64,000 nucleotides of DNA. Origin: Eledone cirrhosa (lineage: Eukaryota). The position numbers were made by a program, and so were the translations under genes. The stretch spans positions 64,604,001 to 64,668,000 of the forward strand of contig OZ024746.1 in NCBI GenBank assembly GCA_964016885.1, given 5' to 3'. Position 1 is the first letter of the stretch; each line of letters starts with the position of its first letter. Shown here one piece after another: positions 19,266-33,581 of this stretch. The notes under the pieces are model-generated. The model was not told the origin of the DNA, made no database searches, and saw only the letters and a program-made list of their open reading frames with translations.

Positions 19266-20831
19266 TATATATTATGTATATATTTATATATATATATATA
19301 CACACACACACCTTGTATATATTGTGTATATATATATACACACACACACTTTGTATATACATATATATATATATATGAATGATAATTGAATGGTATTCCA
19401 TTAAAAGTGGAGGAGAACCACATTTAAAGGTGCTCAATATACCTAGTAAAGGGGGTACATTATCTTATTGAAAGGTAACTCTTATAGGTCTAGTTTGGTT
19501 TCCCCCTCCAACACACACACACACATATGCACACATGTTACATACAAAAGGAATACATGTAAATTTACCTATCTATCTTCTTTACTTTCATCTATTCCTC
19601 TTTTTTCTCTCCCCTCTTTCATTTTTGCCTCATCTTTTTTATTTTCAATTTCCTTTCCTCGTCCCCCTGCATTCTCCTTCTCCCCCTCCTCATTAAATAC
19701 TCAATTCCATATCCCTTCTTTACATTAGTTATATTGCCAGTGCTATAAACTCAACCACCAAGAGAAATTTACTATTATAATTTCCTTCCTACTTGTTTGT
19801 GTCCCATGTGGTTCCTGATCTATTTTATCAGGATTCCTACATTTTGGAAGCAAATTTAATTTATTTCTTTTATTTTTCTTGTTTGTCTTTTCAACTGTAT
19901 CTTTTTTTTTTTTTTTTAATGTATAATTTTTCTCATCAATCTCTCTCTCTTTATGGTCAAGAACTCTTTAAATTTGCTAGTGCAGATAATTTCACAACCG
20001 ATATACCAATGTTAACCCTTCTCTAGAGACCGTCACCAATGCACAAAATATATAGCAATGACATATTATGTACATAGCAACAGCTGGCTTACATGTGAAC
20101 AGTATATTATTAATATTAGCAATAAGAGAAATCCATCTATGGATAAATCTGTGGCCAACTGCTGTTACTTTGTTGGAACAACGCATTATGTGTGTGCTTT
20201 TTCAATATTGAAATGTTAGTGTGTGTCTGTGTGTGTGTGCTATGCATATATATAATATTTATGACAGTCTTTCTAATGAAGAAGAACAGAACTCATATAA
20301 ATGGTCACACAATTTCAGACAATCAAGAAATATAAGCTTCTGTGTCAATTCTCTTAGAAAATCACCGATCTGTAAACTCTTTAAATCTGACATTATTAAA
20401 GAAAATATTAAGTAGTTTGGTATTTTTCAAAGTACTTGCCTGGCTATCTCATAAAATGTCAGCAGAAGACCTCCACAACACATTGATTGTGATAATGATA
20501 AAAACTATTCTACCATTGATGAAGCTTAATATTAAGCAATTATCTTCTCAGAATTACTCTATTTGACTACAAGGCTGAAGAATTGTCTGAAATTGGAAAT
20601 GTATGATTGCTCTTTCTCCTCTATTTCTCTCTGTTTACCTATCACTATACATCCATATAAACATACATACAAACACATACACCATTAACAATCTTTCATT
20701 ATAATGAAGATTAAGCTGCTGCCTGAGTTAGCTGTCTTTAAAGATTAATGATTACTCAAAACCTATTGAATATTATTTTATATTAATAAAGTTTTAACAT
20801 TTCATATATATACAATATGATATAATATAAT

Positions 20832-21009
20832 TGTTTCTACTTTTGGCACAAGGCCAGCAATTACCCAGTGCTTTACTGGTACTTTATTTTAACGGCCCCG
20901 TAAGGATGAAAGGCAAAGTTAACCTCGGCGGGATTTGAACTCAGAATGGCAAGGGCCATAACTCTATGCGTCAAAGCATGGCGTCCGACTCTCTACCGAT
21001 ACTGCCAAT
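20832..21009 (-). mobile_element. SINE-2 (tRNA-derived head, Meta-like core)
   Basis: Minus strand A-box TGGCAGTATCGG, B-box GAGTTCAAATCC, core gcctttcatccttacgggg; 18-bp TSD AATATGATATAATATAAT (20814-20831 and 21010-21027). Confidence 0.85.
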
Positions 21010-21813
21010 AATATGATATAATATAATATAATCATCACCATTATTTAGCATTTTTCTTTTGTGCTAGCATAAATTGAATAGGTTGTCAAAGACCAAATTG
21101 GCATTTGGTGAGACTGGCCTGGGTTCAGGTCTTGTTTATGTACATGCCTACACTTTACAAGGTGTACTGGTGCATTTTATTGTGGTTTTTACCCATGGAC
21201 AGTTAGTTATATGTAGTTTGTTCATGAGTAGGAACACTTAGAAATCTTCATATACTATGCATGAATGATAAAACGAAGAAGCTGGTATATCTGTAAGATT
21301 TGTTTTATGTTTGTCACACTCACACGACATGGTCTCGCCTTATTCTGTAAACCAGACAGTGCATTCAATACACTCATTTTCTCCTCTACCAGTCTTCTCT
21401 TATCTGTTTACTCTAATTTATCTAAGTGAGATATTTAATCACTGCATGCATAATGACAAGATGGGGAGTTGATACTTTATATCTATGTGAATTAGAAATC
21501 TATATGTTGTGATGACTAATCATCTCATCAGCCAGTGTTGACCTACAGACACTTGAGTAGCTACACATTATATAGCAACTGTTAATATTACAAATAATTT
21601 GTTTATAAATTGATCAGGAGTGGTCAAAAGAATGAAGTAATCACTTTACATATCATCAAGAAATAAGAACTGTCTCAGAAAAGTAATGAAAATTTCTTGG
21701 GGAAATATTTCTTTGAACCCCTAACTTCTGATAGTCGTAGACATGTCGTAGTGACATATGATGTTTCTTTGGGCATTTAATGGCAGGTGGAGCCCATCCC
21801 CCTCAAGGTTATT

Positions 21814-21844
<31 letters not shown>

Positions 21845-22276
21845 CCCAGCCCCACACTGTAAATGTGGTTGGTGTTAGGAAGGGCATCCAGCTGTAGAAA
21901 ACCCGCCAGACAGTCCACGCTGTAATGTGGCCGTGTAGGCAACACGGTAAAAACCTCCCAGCCCCACACTGTAAATGTGGTTGGTGTTAGGAAGGGCATC
22001 CAACTGTAGAAAACCCGCCAGACAGTCCTATGCGAGCAAGACAACCACTCTTGCCTCAAGTGGGAAAACCCCCGTCCAAACCCATGCAAGCGTGGAACAC
22101 GGACGCTAAACCTGATGATGATGATGATGATGATGGAGCCACATGGCAAAAAAGCACCCAGCACTCACTGTAAATGAGGTTGGTGTTAGGAAGGGCTTCC
22201 AGCTGTAGAAATCAAGCCAGAATCAGTTCCGGTCCTACCCTTGCAAGCAGGGAAAAGCGGACGTAAAATGATGATG

Positions 22277-22279
<3 letters not shown>
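21845..22279 (+). mobile_element. Tandem retroposon 3' ends: family B 3' UTR with an internal duplication, then a SINE-1 3' half
   Basis: cccagccccacactgtaaatgtggttggtgttaggaagggcatcc occurs twice; two (GAT)n tails at about 22135 and 22279. Confidence 0.85.
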
Positions 22280-22324
<45 letters not shown>

Positions 22325-22327
<3 letters not shown>

Positions 22328-22653
22328 TGGTTAGAGCATTGGCCTTGCAATCGAAAGGTTGTGAGTTCAATTCTCAGACTGGGTGATGTGTTGTTTCCTT
22401 GAGCAAGACACTTTATTTCACATTGCTCCAGTTTACTCAGCTGTAGAAATGAGATGATACGGACTGGGGTCCCTATCATTCCACTGCAAAGTGGTCGTGG
22501 AGGTGCCACGGCAAAAAAGCACCCAGCCCACACTGTAAATGAGGTTGGTGTTAGGAAGGGCATCCAGCTGTAGAAATCAAGCCAGAATCAGTTCCCGTCC
22601 CACCCTTGCAAGCAGGGAAAAGCGGACGTAAAATGAAATGATGATGATGATGA
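22325..22653 (+). mobile_element. SINE-1, nearly full length
   Basis: tRNA-like head (B-box GAGTTCAATTC), CORE-like ttccttgagcaagacactt, RTE family C-type tail. Confidence 0.9.
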
Positions 22654-22872
22654 AATAAATGTTCAAAGTACCAGCAGGAAATAAGAAATATTTTATAATG
22701 AAATTCACTCTGAATCTTAACTATAACTTTACTTAAAAAGATGTAAAAATACACATATGGAACTTTTAGTTTGGCTACCCCTTTAACAGCTAACTTTGTA
22801 TCATGATGAGTCATGGGAAGGATATAAATTATAAACAATATATTATTATTATATATTTTTTATTATATATAT

Positions 22873-25800
22873 ATCATCATCATCATCACCGTTTTACGTC
22901 CATTCTTCCACGCTAGCATGGGTTAGATGGGTTGTCCTGTTGTGTGCAGTGTCTGGTCGGCTGACCATGCCTTGCTCATACAGGAACTGATCTGGCTTGA
23001 TTTCTACAGCTGGATGCCCTTCCTAACACCAACCTCATTTACAGTGAGTGCTGGGTGCTTTTTCGTGGCGCCTACATGTCCACTTTACAGTGTGGGCTGG
23101 GTGCTTTTTTGCCGTGGCACCTCCACAACCACCTTGCGGTGGGGGGTGTGGGGGCATATTGTTTATATGCTTCAGCATGTACCCATGGGAGGTCGGGTAC
23201 TCTGTATTACTGCGTGACGCCAGAAGTCACGGTCGTGTGTCATTGTCTTTGAGAGGTGTAATTGGGTAAGGTCGGCTTTTATCACCTCATCCCAGGTCAT
23301 CTTGGGTCTCCCCACTCCGCGGTTTCCATCAACTTCTAGTGCTCTGCACCTTTTTATGCAGCTGTCATCCTTCATACGCATCACATGTCCATACCAGCGC
23401 AACCGCCTCTCCTGCACACAGCATTTGATTCCTCTTATGCTCAGTCTCTCTCTCAATTCATTTATGCTTTGTTGTTCACGTATATTACTGTTACACATCC
23501 ATTGGAGCATGCAGGCTTCGTTTCTCTCTAATCTACGTAAGTCTTCCACCTTCAGCGCCCAGGTCTCACTACCATGCAACATTGCTGTTCGGATACACAC
23601 ATCATACAGTCTGCCTTTCATTCTGAGGGAGAAGCCTTTTGCAGCTAGCAGTGGTAGTAGTTCCCTAAACTTCTTCCATCCCGTTCTTACCCTAGTTATT
23701 GTACTTTCTGAACACCCACCTCCATTGCTAATTCGGTCACCTAGGTAGCAGAAGCTGTCTACTGTTTCTACAGGGCCCTCCCAGAGATTGGTGGTACTTG
23801 TTTCCTGTGGCTGTTTGCTGCTTGCTGTTTCAGCACAGCTGCTGCATGTGAATCCTACATTCTTAATTAAGCTTCCTGAGGTCCCGCTACATCTCTTGTG
23901 TACCCATTGTTTGCATTTGGGGCAGAGAATGGAGTTCCTACCTACACCTTTCCTACATACTGAGCAAGGCCATTTCCCTGAGAGGATCTGGGTTCTGTTT
24001 TCTCGTCTACTTACAAGGACCTTAGTCTTTGTCATGTTGACTTTGAGACCCTTTCTTTCTAGTCCCTGCTTCCAGGTTTGGAATTTATTCTCTAGTTCTA
24101 CCATAGATTCAGCTATGAGTGCGAGGTCATCAGCATACAGGAGTTCCCATGGGCATCCGGTCTTAAACTCCTCCGTTATTGCCTGCAGGACTATGATGAA
24201 CAGGAGAGGGCTAAGAACAGAGCCTTGGTGGACCTCAACCTGTACGCTAAATTCCTCGCTATACTCATTGCTAATCCTAACTTTGCTGACTGCTCCCCTA
24301 TACATGGCTTGTACCGCTTTCACAAGCCATTCATCTACTCCTAGTTTTCTAAGATTACAACACGTGGAACTCTGTCAAAGGCTTTCTCAAGGTCGACAAA
24401 TGCCAGGTAGAGTGGCTTACTTTTAGCTAGGTACTTTTCCTGTAATTGCCTCACAAGGAAGAGGGCATCAGTGGTGCCTCTTCCTGGTACAAACCCAAAT
24501 TACATCTCGTCTATTTTCACCCGGTCCCTAATCAGCTGTGCTATAACTCTTTCTGTTACTTTCATGACCTGGTCCATCAACTTTATACCTCTATAGTTTC
24601 CTCTATCTAGTGCATCGCCTTTACCTTTGTAGCAGTTGACAATGATGCTACTGCACCAATCTTTTGGTATGGCCCCTTCTAGTATTACCTGGTTAACGAT
24701 ACGTGTGGTTATAGTGTGACCTACAGACCCAGATGCCTTCAGCACCTCGGCAGCTATACCCGATGGACCGGTTGCCTTCCCCATCTTCATATCTTTGATT
24801 GCCTTACTTACTACGCTGCTGCTGACTTGTACTGCTGGTCCCTCTCTCCAATGACATCACAACTATTTCTGACACACTGCCTCGCAATCTTGAATACCTC
24901 CTGTTTCTGGTCCCCACGTTGTAAAACATGCTTGAATTTTCTATCCTCTGCTTCCCTCCTAGCTAAGTATACTTGTCGCCTAGCTTCCCTCTTGGTCTCT
25001 ATGTAATGTACCCTGCTCCCCACGTTCTTCCATTCTTTCCATGCCTGTCTCTTGGCCTTAACTGCTTCATCTACCTTATTGTTCCACCACCAAGTCACTC
25101 TCCTCCTGCTTGAGGTCCTACTCCAGCCACAGACCTCATCCGTCGCCTCTAGTAAATTATTTTTTAGGAACTCCCAGTTCTCTTCTACGTTAAATGTCTC
25201 TATCTGTTCTTCTTTACTGTCGTAGGCGTTGAGTAAAATATCTTTAAATCTGTTACTGGTTGAGGGTACTTTCAGCTTCCAGATCTTTCTTCTCCAGGTT
25301 GGCCTCTGTTTCCGGGTTCGTCTAGTTCTGACCGTGAGGTTGCTGACAACTAAGCTATGTTGGGACGTACATTCCTCACTAGGGAAGGCTTTTGTGTTTA
25401 CGACCGTCCATCTGTCACGTCCTCTGATGAGGATAAAATCTAACTGATAAAATCTAACTGACTAGAGTGCTCCCCTGGTCTATAGGTGATCAGGTGGTTG
25501 TCGGTTTTTTTAAAGTTTGTGTTACATATCGACATGTCATTGGCGTCGCAGAATTCTAGAAGTCTGAATCCTTCCTCATTCCTTGTGCCAACTCCATGGC
25601 CTCCATGTACTCTATTGAAGCCGTCGCAGTGTTTACCTACGTGTCCGTTAAAATCTCCTGCGATGATTAGGAAGTCCTTGTCGTCTGTTAGAGCAGTAGT
25701 GTGTATTAGGGACTCGTAAAACCTATCCTTAAGTTCGTCTGGCAGCCCCGATTGGGGTGCGTAAGCTGATATTATTGTGGTAATTGTCTTATTCAGGACT

Positions 25801-26876
25801 AGTCTGAGTTTAATGATTCTTGCATTTACCCTGTACACTGAGATTACTTTATCTACCCATTTGTCAGCTAATAGTATACCTACACCACCCATCCCATCGT
25901 CATTTCCCACCCAGAAAAATTTGTAGCACTGACTTTTTCCTACAAGGACTCTAGCAGACTCTCCTCTCCATCTAGTCTCTTGCACACAGCATACATCAAC
26001 TTCCTTTCGCTCTAGCATTTTTACGATTTCTCCTGCTCTTCCTTTCATTGAGCCTACATTGATGGTACCAACTCGGAGTTTTGGGCATTTGTCGACACTC
26101 GTAGGGGAGGGTCTCTGGGTTGGCGCTTCACGTGGGTGCTTGGTAGCTCACAGATTCATATTTCATCTATTGATTCAGAGTTGCTCAAATGTATTCTCAG
26201 CTCATCCATCCATAACGGTGGGAAAATTGAGGGCTAGAAGAACAGTGGTGGTGGGGTAATGGCAGGGTGTGTTGGGCTGCGCCAGAGGAGGAGAGAGTTA
26301 GTTAGGTAGGTAGGTAGTAGTAGCAGCAGCAGTGGAAATGGCATGCTGAGGTTTGATTGGTCGAATAGGCTATGGTGGTGTGTGGGGGTGGGTGGGAGGG
26401 AAATTGTGAGGTAGGCACTGAGGGTCGCATGGTAAATAACCGAGAGAGATACAATAGAATTAGAATACCGCATGGTAAATATCCGAAGTTAATACACCAG
26501 TAATATTAACAATAATAACGTCATAAAAACTAAGAAACCTTCGAAAATTTATCGATAATACGGCAGGAAAACAGCAGTAATATTAACAATAATAACGTCA
26601 TAAAGACTAAGATACCTTAGAAGATTTGTATGGATGGATGGCTGGAACGAATTGAAATCAACTCTAATGATACATTTTAGCAGATAAGGGGAAAAGTGTC
26701 TTATCTCTTCAATAGTTTCAAAATGAATGAGGTTGGATAGGTAGAGATAGGGTAGTAATCCTAAAGAGAGGCATAGAGGGGGGGGGGGGGTAGGCACTGA
26801 GGGTCGCATGGTAAATAACCGAGAGAGATACAATAGAATTAGAATACTGCATGGTAAATATCCGAAGTTAATACAC
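22873..26876 (-). mobile_element. Near-full-length RTE family A LINE (APE-RT-PHD), inactivated
   Basis: APE endonuclease (LRVGTINVGS, CVQETRW, SAYAPQ, AGDFNGHVG, QLDFI) at about 25440-26090; RT at 23172-24790; (GAT)n tail. It carries frameshifts, a stop at 24500 and a deletion of about 139 bp at about 24845 relative to 18918-19056. The 5' boundary is approximate. Confidence 0.93.
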
Positions 26877-26960
26877 ATATATTAACAATAATAATATATA
26901 TATATATTAACAATAATAATATATATATATATTAACAATAATAATATATATATATATATA

Positions 26961-27141
26961 TAATTGTTTCTACTTTAGGCACAAAGCCAGCAATTACCCA
27001 GTGCATTACTGGTACTTTATTTTATCGACCCCGTAAGGATGAAAGGCAAAGTCAACCTCGGCGGGATTTGAACTCAGATCGTAAAGGGACGTAACTATGC
27101 TGGAAAGCATGGCGTCCGACCCTCTACCGATACTGCTAATC

Positions 27142-27143
<2 letters not shown>
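26961..27143 (-). mobile_element. SINE-2
   Basis: Homologous to 20832-21009. Confidence 0.88.
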
Positions 27144-27192
<49 letters not shown>

Positions 27193-27216
27193 ATATATAT
27201 ATATATATATATATAT

Positions 27217-27311
<95 letters not shown>

Positions 27312-27364
27312 ATAATATATATATATATATATATATAATAATATATATATATATATATATATAT

Positions 27365-27444
<80 letters not shown>

Positions 27445-27457
27445 ATATATATATATA
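27144..27457. repeat. (TA)n array with periodic AATAA interruptions
   Basis: Directly visible. Confidence 0.95.
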
Positions 27458-28221
27458 TTCAGAATGAAAGGCAGACTGTATGATGCGTGTATCCGAACAG
27501 CGATGTTGCATGGTAGTGAGACCTGGGCGCTGAAGGTGGAAGACTTACGTAGATTAGAGAGAAACGAAGCCTGCATGCTCCGATGGATGTGTAACAGTAA
27601 TATACGTGAACGACAAAGCATAAATGAATTGAGAGAGAGACTGAGCATAAGAGGAATCAAATGCTGCGTGCAGGAGAGGCGGTTACGCTGGTATGGACAT
27701 GTGATGCGTATGAAGGATGACAGCTGCATAAAAAGGTGCAGAGCACTAGAAGTTAATGGAAACCGCGGAGTGGGGAGACCCAAGATGACTTGGGATGAGG
27801 TGATAAAAGCCGACCTTACCCAACTACACCTCTCAAAGTCAATGACACACGACCGTGACTTCTGGCGTCACGCAGTAATACAGGGTACCCGACCTCCCAT
27901 GGGTACATGCTGAAGCATATAAACAATATGCCCCCCCCCCCCCCCACCGCAAGGTGGCCGTGGAGGTGCCACGGCAAAAAAGCACCCAGCCCACACTGTA
28001 AAGTGGACGTGTAGGCGCCACGAAAAAGCACCCAGCACTCACTGTAAATGAGGTTGGTGTTAGGAAGGGCATCCAGCTGTAGAAATCAAGCCAGATCAGT
28101 TCCTGTATGAGCAAGGCATGGTCAGCCGACCAGACACTGCCCACAACAGGACAACCCGTCTAACCCATGCTAGCGTGGAAGAACGGACGTAAAACGGTGA
28201 TGATGATGATGATGATGATGA
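27458..28221 (+). mobile_element. RTE family A 3' fragment
   Basis: ORF 27464-27913 is nearly identical to the C-terminus of 23172-24323; has the 3' UTR and a (GAT)n tail. Confidence 0.93.
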
Positions 28222-28234
28222 TATATATATATAT

Positions 28235-28316
<82 letters not shown>

Positions 28317-28597
28317 TTTTTCTTTGTTCAAGTGATAGTGTTTTACTACTTCTGACAATTACACTTTATTAGTATATTATTCTGTACATACTGAAGACTC
28401 ACACAAATACACATATAATTTATGCTAACCTAATATCCATCTTGCAGACAAAGACAATTAACTGTGAATGGAAATTCTTGTTTCACATATTAACTGAATA
28501 TTCAAATGACTTATTTTGCATCTCAATAAATCTCAATGATATATTATTTTATATGTACATAAGTTTTGAGTGTTTGTGCATACATAAGTTTCATGTG

Positions 28598-28641
<44 letters not shown>

Positions 28642-29668
28642 GTATGTACACCTAACCCTATCCCACACTATTTGTTTCCTTATCTGAATCATACCCTCTC
28701 CCCTTCTTTCATATACACAGTACCATACTGCCAACATAACTGGAGACAGCTTGGGATCTGTCTGCCATCCACCACCTTCTGATGCTCACCTACTTCCACA
28801 TTCATTGCACAATGCTGCCCTCATAATGAGGGGTGTCATTACTCCTGTATATATATCCAGTCCTTCTCCCTCAGTTGCTAACCATCATTCAAAAAACATT
28901 CAGCAAAAAACATTCACCATCTCAACACAATGCTACCTGTCTCCATTTCTTTCTCCCTGTCTTTGTCTGTTCTCTCTGTCCTTGCCCCTCTCTCCATCTG
29001 TCTCTCTTTTTCTCTTTCTGTCTCTGTCTTTCTCTTTGTCTATCTGGTCTCCCCCCTCTTATTCATTACTCCAATCTCTCTTTCTCTCTCTCTCTCAACA
29101 ATAAACATATAGCTACTATTACTCCATACATAGAACCTCTTCTGTTTTACTCTCACCGCCAGTTTTTCATACTATTTGTGAAATATCTTGTGTATTTCAA
29201 ATAGAATTGTTGGGAAACTTAATGAAGCAACAAAACTAATAAAAAAAAATTCAGAACAGGAGATAAAATGGACATTTTAAAATTAAATTTCTCTGATTTT
29301 TGTCAAGTTAATTAAAATAGATTTCTTTTTCGAAAGTATAATTACGATATGAAACACCTGCTGTAAAGTGAAAACAAACAAACAAATGAGTAAAAAAACA
29401 TTAAATTCCAGGTATTGTGGAAAACTACGATAAATAAAGTTTACTTTGTATCAGTTGGTGACATATACACAAGTTCACAATATACACAAGTTCACAATAT
29501 ACACAAGTTCACAATTATATGTGACTTTTACTATCATCATATATTACTGTACAATGCATATTATGCTTTGCCCTCTCGTAGTGTGTGTATGTGTGTGTGT
29601 ATAAATGGAAGTTGACTCTGTATGCGTTTGCTTTGTATTGAGAAATTAGAAAGCAAATACCCAGAAAA

Positions 29669-29719
<51 letters not shown>

Positions 29720-29779
29720 ATATATATATATATATATATGATATATGATATATGTGTGAGTCTGTGTGTGTGGTATGTG

Positions 29780-30144
29780 TTAGTCTCAGGTTCAATCAAA
29801 GTTAACCGAAGTAAATAAGGTATTCAATACATTAGTAGAATGTATACAACAAATTTAATATAGAAATGGCTTCTACAGGACCAGAACTGTTTCATTCAAA
29901 GGAAACGGTTCTGGTCCTGTAGTACAGGCATGTCAAACATGCGGCCCTTTACAAGCACACCAGTGGCCCACGCAAAGGGTTTTACAGCACGAGTGTAATT
30001 TAAAATAAAAAAAACATTAGTTGTAATTTACGCAATTAGTTGTCATGTGTGGCCCTCAGACAACACATATGTGACCTCTGTGGCCCTTGGGGACCCTCAG
30101 TTTGGCATGCCTGCTGTAGAAGCCATTTCTATGTTAAATTTGTT
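29780..30144. mobile_element. PLE-type terminus with an inverted duplication (arms of about 46 bp), interrupted by a MITE
   Basis: 29780-29900 is the reverse complement of about 35220-35335. Removing the MITE restores the hairpin aacaaattt...actgtttc-attcaaag-gaaacggt...aaatttgtt. Confidence 0.7.
29925..30113. mobile_element. hAT (Charlie-like) MITE
   Basis: TIR CAGGCATGTCAAAC / GTTTGGCATGCCTG; 8-bp TSD CTGTAGTA/CTGTAGAA; second copy at 46591-46807. Confidence 0.88.
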
Positions 30145-30176
30145 ATATATATGTATATATATATATATATATCATC

Positions 30177-30226
<50 letters not shown>

Positions 30227-30434
30227 TCATATACATATATATATATATATATCATCAGCATTTTACGTCTGCTTTTCTCTGCTTTCAAGGTAGGAATGGG
30301 TTCTATTCCGCACAGCATCTCTCCATTTGTTACGGTCCTTCGTCATCTCCTCCATGAGCTACAACGACCTGAGGTCAGCTCTCACCACCCCGGCCCATGA
30401 TTTTCTACTATATATATATATATATATATATATA

Positions 30435-30777
30435 TCATTTTCATTTTTCATTTCATTTTTACGTCCACTTTTCCCTGCTTGCAAGGGTGAGACGAGAACT
30501 GATGCTGGCTTGATTTCTACAGCTGGATGCCCTTCCTAACACCAACCTCATTTACAGTGAGTGGTGGGCGCTTTTTTGCCGTGGCACCTCCACGACCACT
30601 TTGCAGTGGAATGATAGGGACCCCAGTCCCTATCACCTCATTTCCACAGCTGAGTAAACTGGAGCAATGTGAAATAAAGTGCCTTGCTCAAGGAAACAAC
30701 ACATCACCCGGTCTGAGAATTGAACTCACAACCTTTCGATTGCAAGGCCAATGCTCTAACCACTAAGCCATGTGCCT

Positions 30778-30779
<2 letters not shown>
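30435..30779 (-). mobile_element. SINE-1, full length
   Basis: Reverse complement of 33582-33923. Confidence 0.92.
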
Positions 30780-31421
<642 letters not shown>

Positions 31422-31757
31422 TCATCATTTAAAATCCATTTTTGTTGTTAGCAAAAGTTGGACATGTGATATTAGAGACCCAATGAGTACTCATGCTGAG
31501 CCTCTGACTTTCAGTTGTGTCAGAGGCATAGCTTGTGCTGGTGTCATTATATAATGCATGCAGTAAAGTGGAGAACCATGTGTAAGCGAGAATACGGTCC
31601 TCTAGTCCAGCTGAGAACTCAGTAAACCTGCTTGAGTACCGACTCGGTCTGTAAAATCCTGGCCAACCTTTGTTAGCAGGGAAAGCAGATGTTAAATGAC
31701 GATGTGTGTATATACACACACACACACATACGTATATACATTATATATATATATATA

Positions 31758-32041
31758 GACAATATGCCCCCTCCCCTGCCACTGCAAAGTGGTTGTGTAG
31801 GTGTCAGGACAAAAAAACACCCAGCCCACACTGTAAAGTGGTTGTGTAGGCACCATGGTAAAAAAGCAACAAGTACTCACTGTAAATGAGGTTGGTGTTG
31901 GGAAGGGCATCCAGCTGTAGAAATCAAGCCAAAATCAGTTCCCGTATGAGCAAGACATGGTCACCTGACCTGGCATTGCCCACAAAAGGACAACCTGTCT
32001 AACCCATTCTAGCATGGAAGAATTGACGTAAAATGTTGATG

Positions 32042-32046
<5 letters not shown>
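31758..32046 (+). mobile_element. RTE family A-like 3' UTR fragment
   Basis: Aligns to about 27922-28205. Confidence 0.8.
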
Positions 32047-32087
<41 letters not shown>

Positions 32088-32320
32088 CTACTTTAGCAGG
32101 CAAGTAAGAGTAAAAATTGTTTTGCTTTAAAAAGCAAGCAATTTTTAAAAATCAGTTTGACACATTGTCATGGATTCGATTCCTGGGCTGAGTTTCATGT
32201 TGTGTTCTTGAGCAAAACACTTCATTTCACATTGTTCCAGTCTACTCAGCTGAAAATAAGTACCAGCAATAGCTGGGGTTTTAACCCTGTGATAGACTGG
32301 CATCCTGTCCAGATGCCAGT

Positions 32321-32351
<31 letters not shown>

Positions 32352-32363
32352 TTTAAATGTGTG

Positions 32364-32453
<90 letters not shown>

Positions 32454-33581
32454 TGCACAATAAGTTTTATCTGTATATCTATAATATATGCATACCTCCC
32501 ACCACACATAACATTAGTTGGCTGGTTAGGGCTTTATTAATGAGAATTATCCATGTGACATGGTTAGTAGTCGTAGTGGATAAAAAAACCAAGAGGTTTT
32601 GGATATATAGCTACACACACACACACACATACACACACACTCGCGTGCATAATTCGTACATATACACACATAGTATGTACATATACACACACATAATACA
32701 CATACATACACACAAATATGTAAGCATCAAAACAAAAACCCTTTTATTTCCAATAACAAAACACGAATGAGGAAAAAAAAATGTGATGGAACTGAGATTT
32801 AAAGCTTTATTGTACAAAAGCAAAATAAGGAAATTAATGTGCATTGAATAATGAGGACATTAGTACACTTTCATTTTATATAATTTTGATATGTTGTTGT
32901 TTCAATCTTTTTAAGATGAAAATCTAATTAAAAATGCAAAGAGAATATATATATGGCCTATATTTATGTAGTGGGTCATCATTTGAATTGAAAACTATGC
33001 GAAAGTGAAAGAGCATTCACACTCGTTTTAAACCATCTTCTTTCATATGTTGTTTCTTTATTCTCCCGTACTGTTATTCTTTCTCTTGCTTTTACACACT
33101 TTTTTTCTTGTCTTAATTCATATGTGTAAATGGATTATTCAAGATTATCATACATGAATTATTTAATAATAAAACAGTTATATTAGGTATGTGTGTGTCT
33201 GTGTCGGTGTGTGTATTCACATTGACTCTGTTTCAGAAGTTGGTAAGATTTATATCCTACATAAACAATATATTCCACAGCTCAGTTCTAAAATATAGGA
33301 GGATCAGTGGAATAAGTAATATACATTAAAAATAACCCAGTGTTCGCATCAGGCCAGACAATACTGTTGCAAAAGATCTTGTCCAACCCAAGCCTGCATA
33401 GAAAAGTGTATGTCAAAATAATGATAATGCCTGCGTTGTGTGTGTGCAGTTCAAGGCAAGGTAAGAAGAATAAGCTATATGGAGTTGAGAGGGAGAAGAT
33501 AGAATATAATAAAATACAATAATAAATATGGAGGCACATGGCTATATGGAGGCACATGGCTATATGGAGGCACATGGATAT

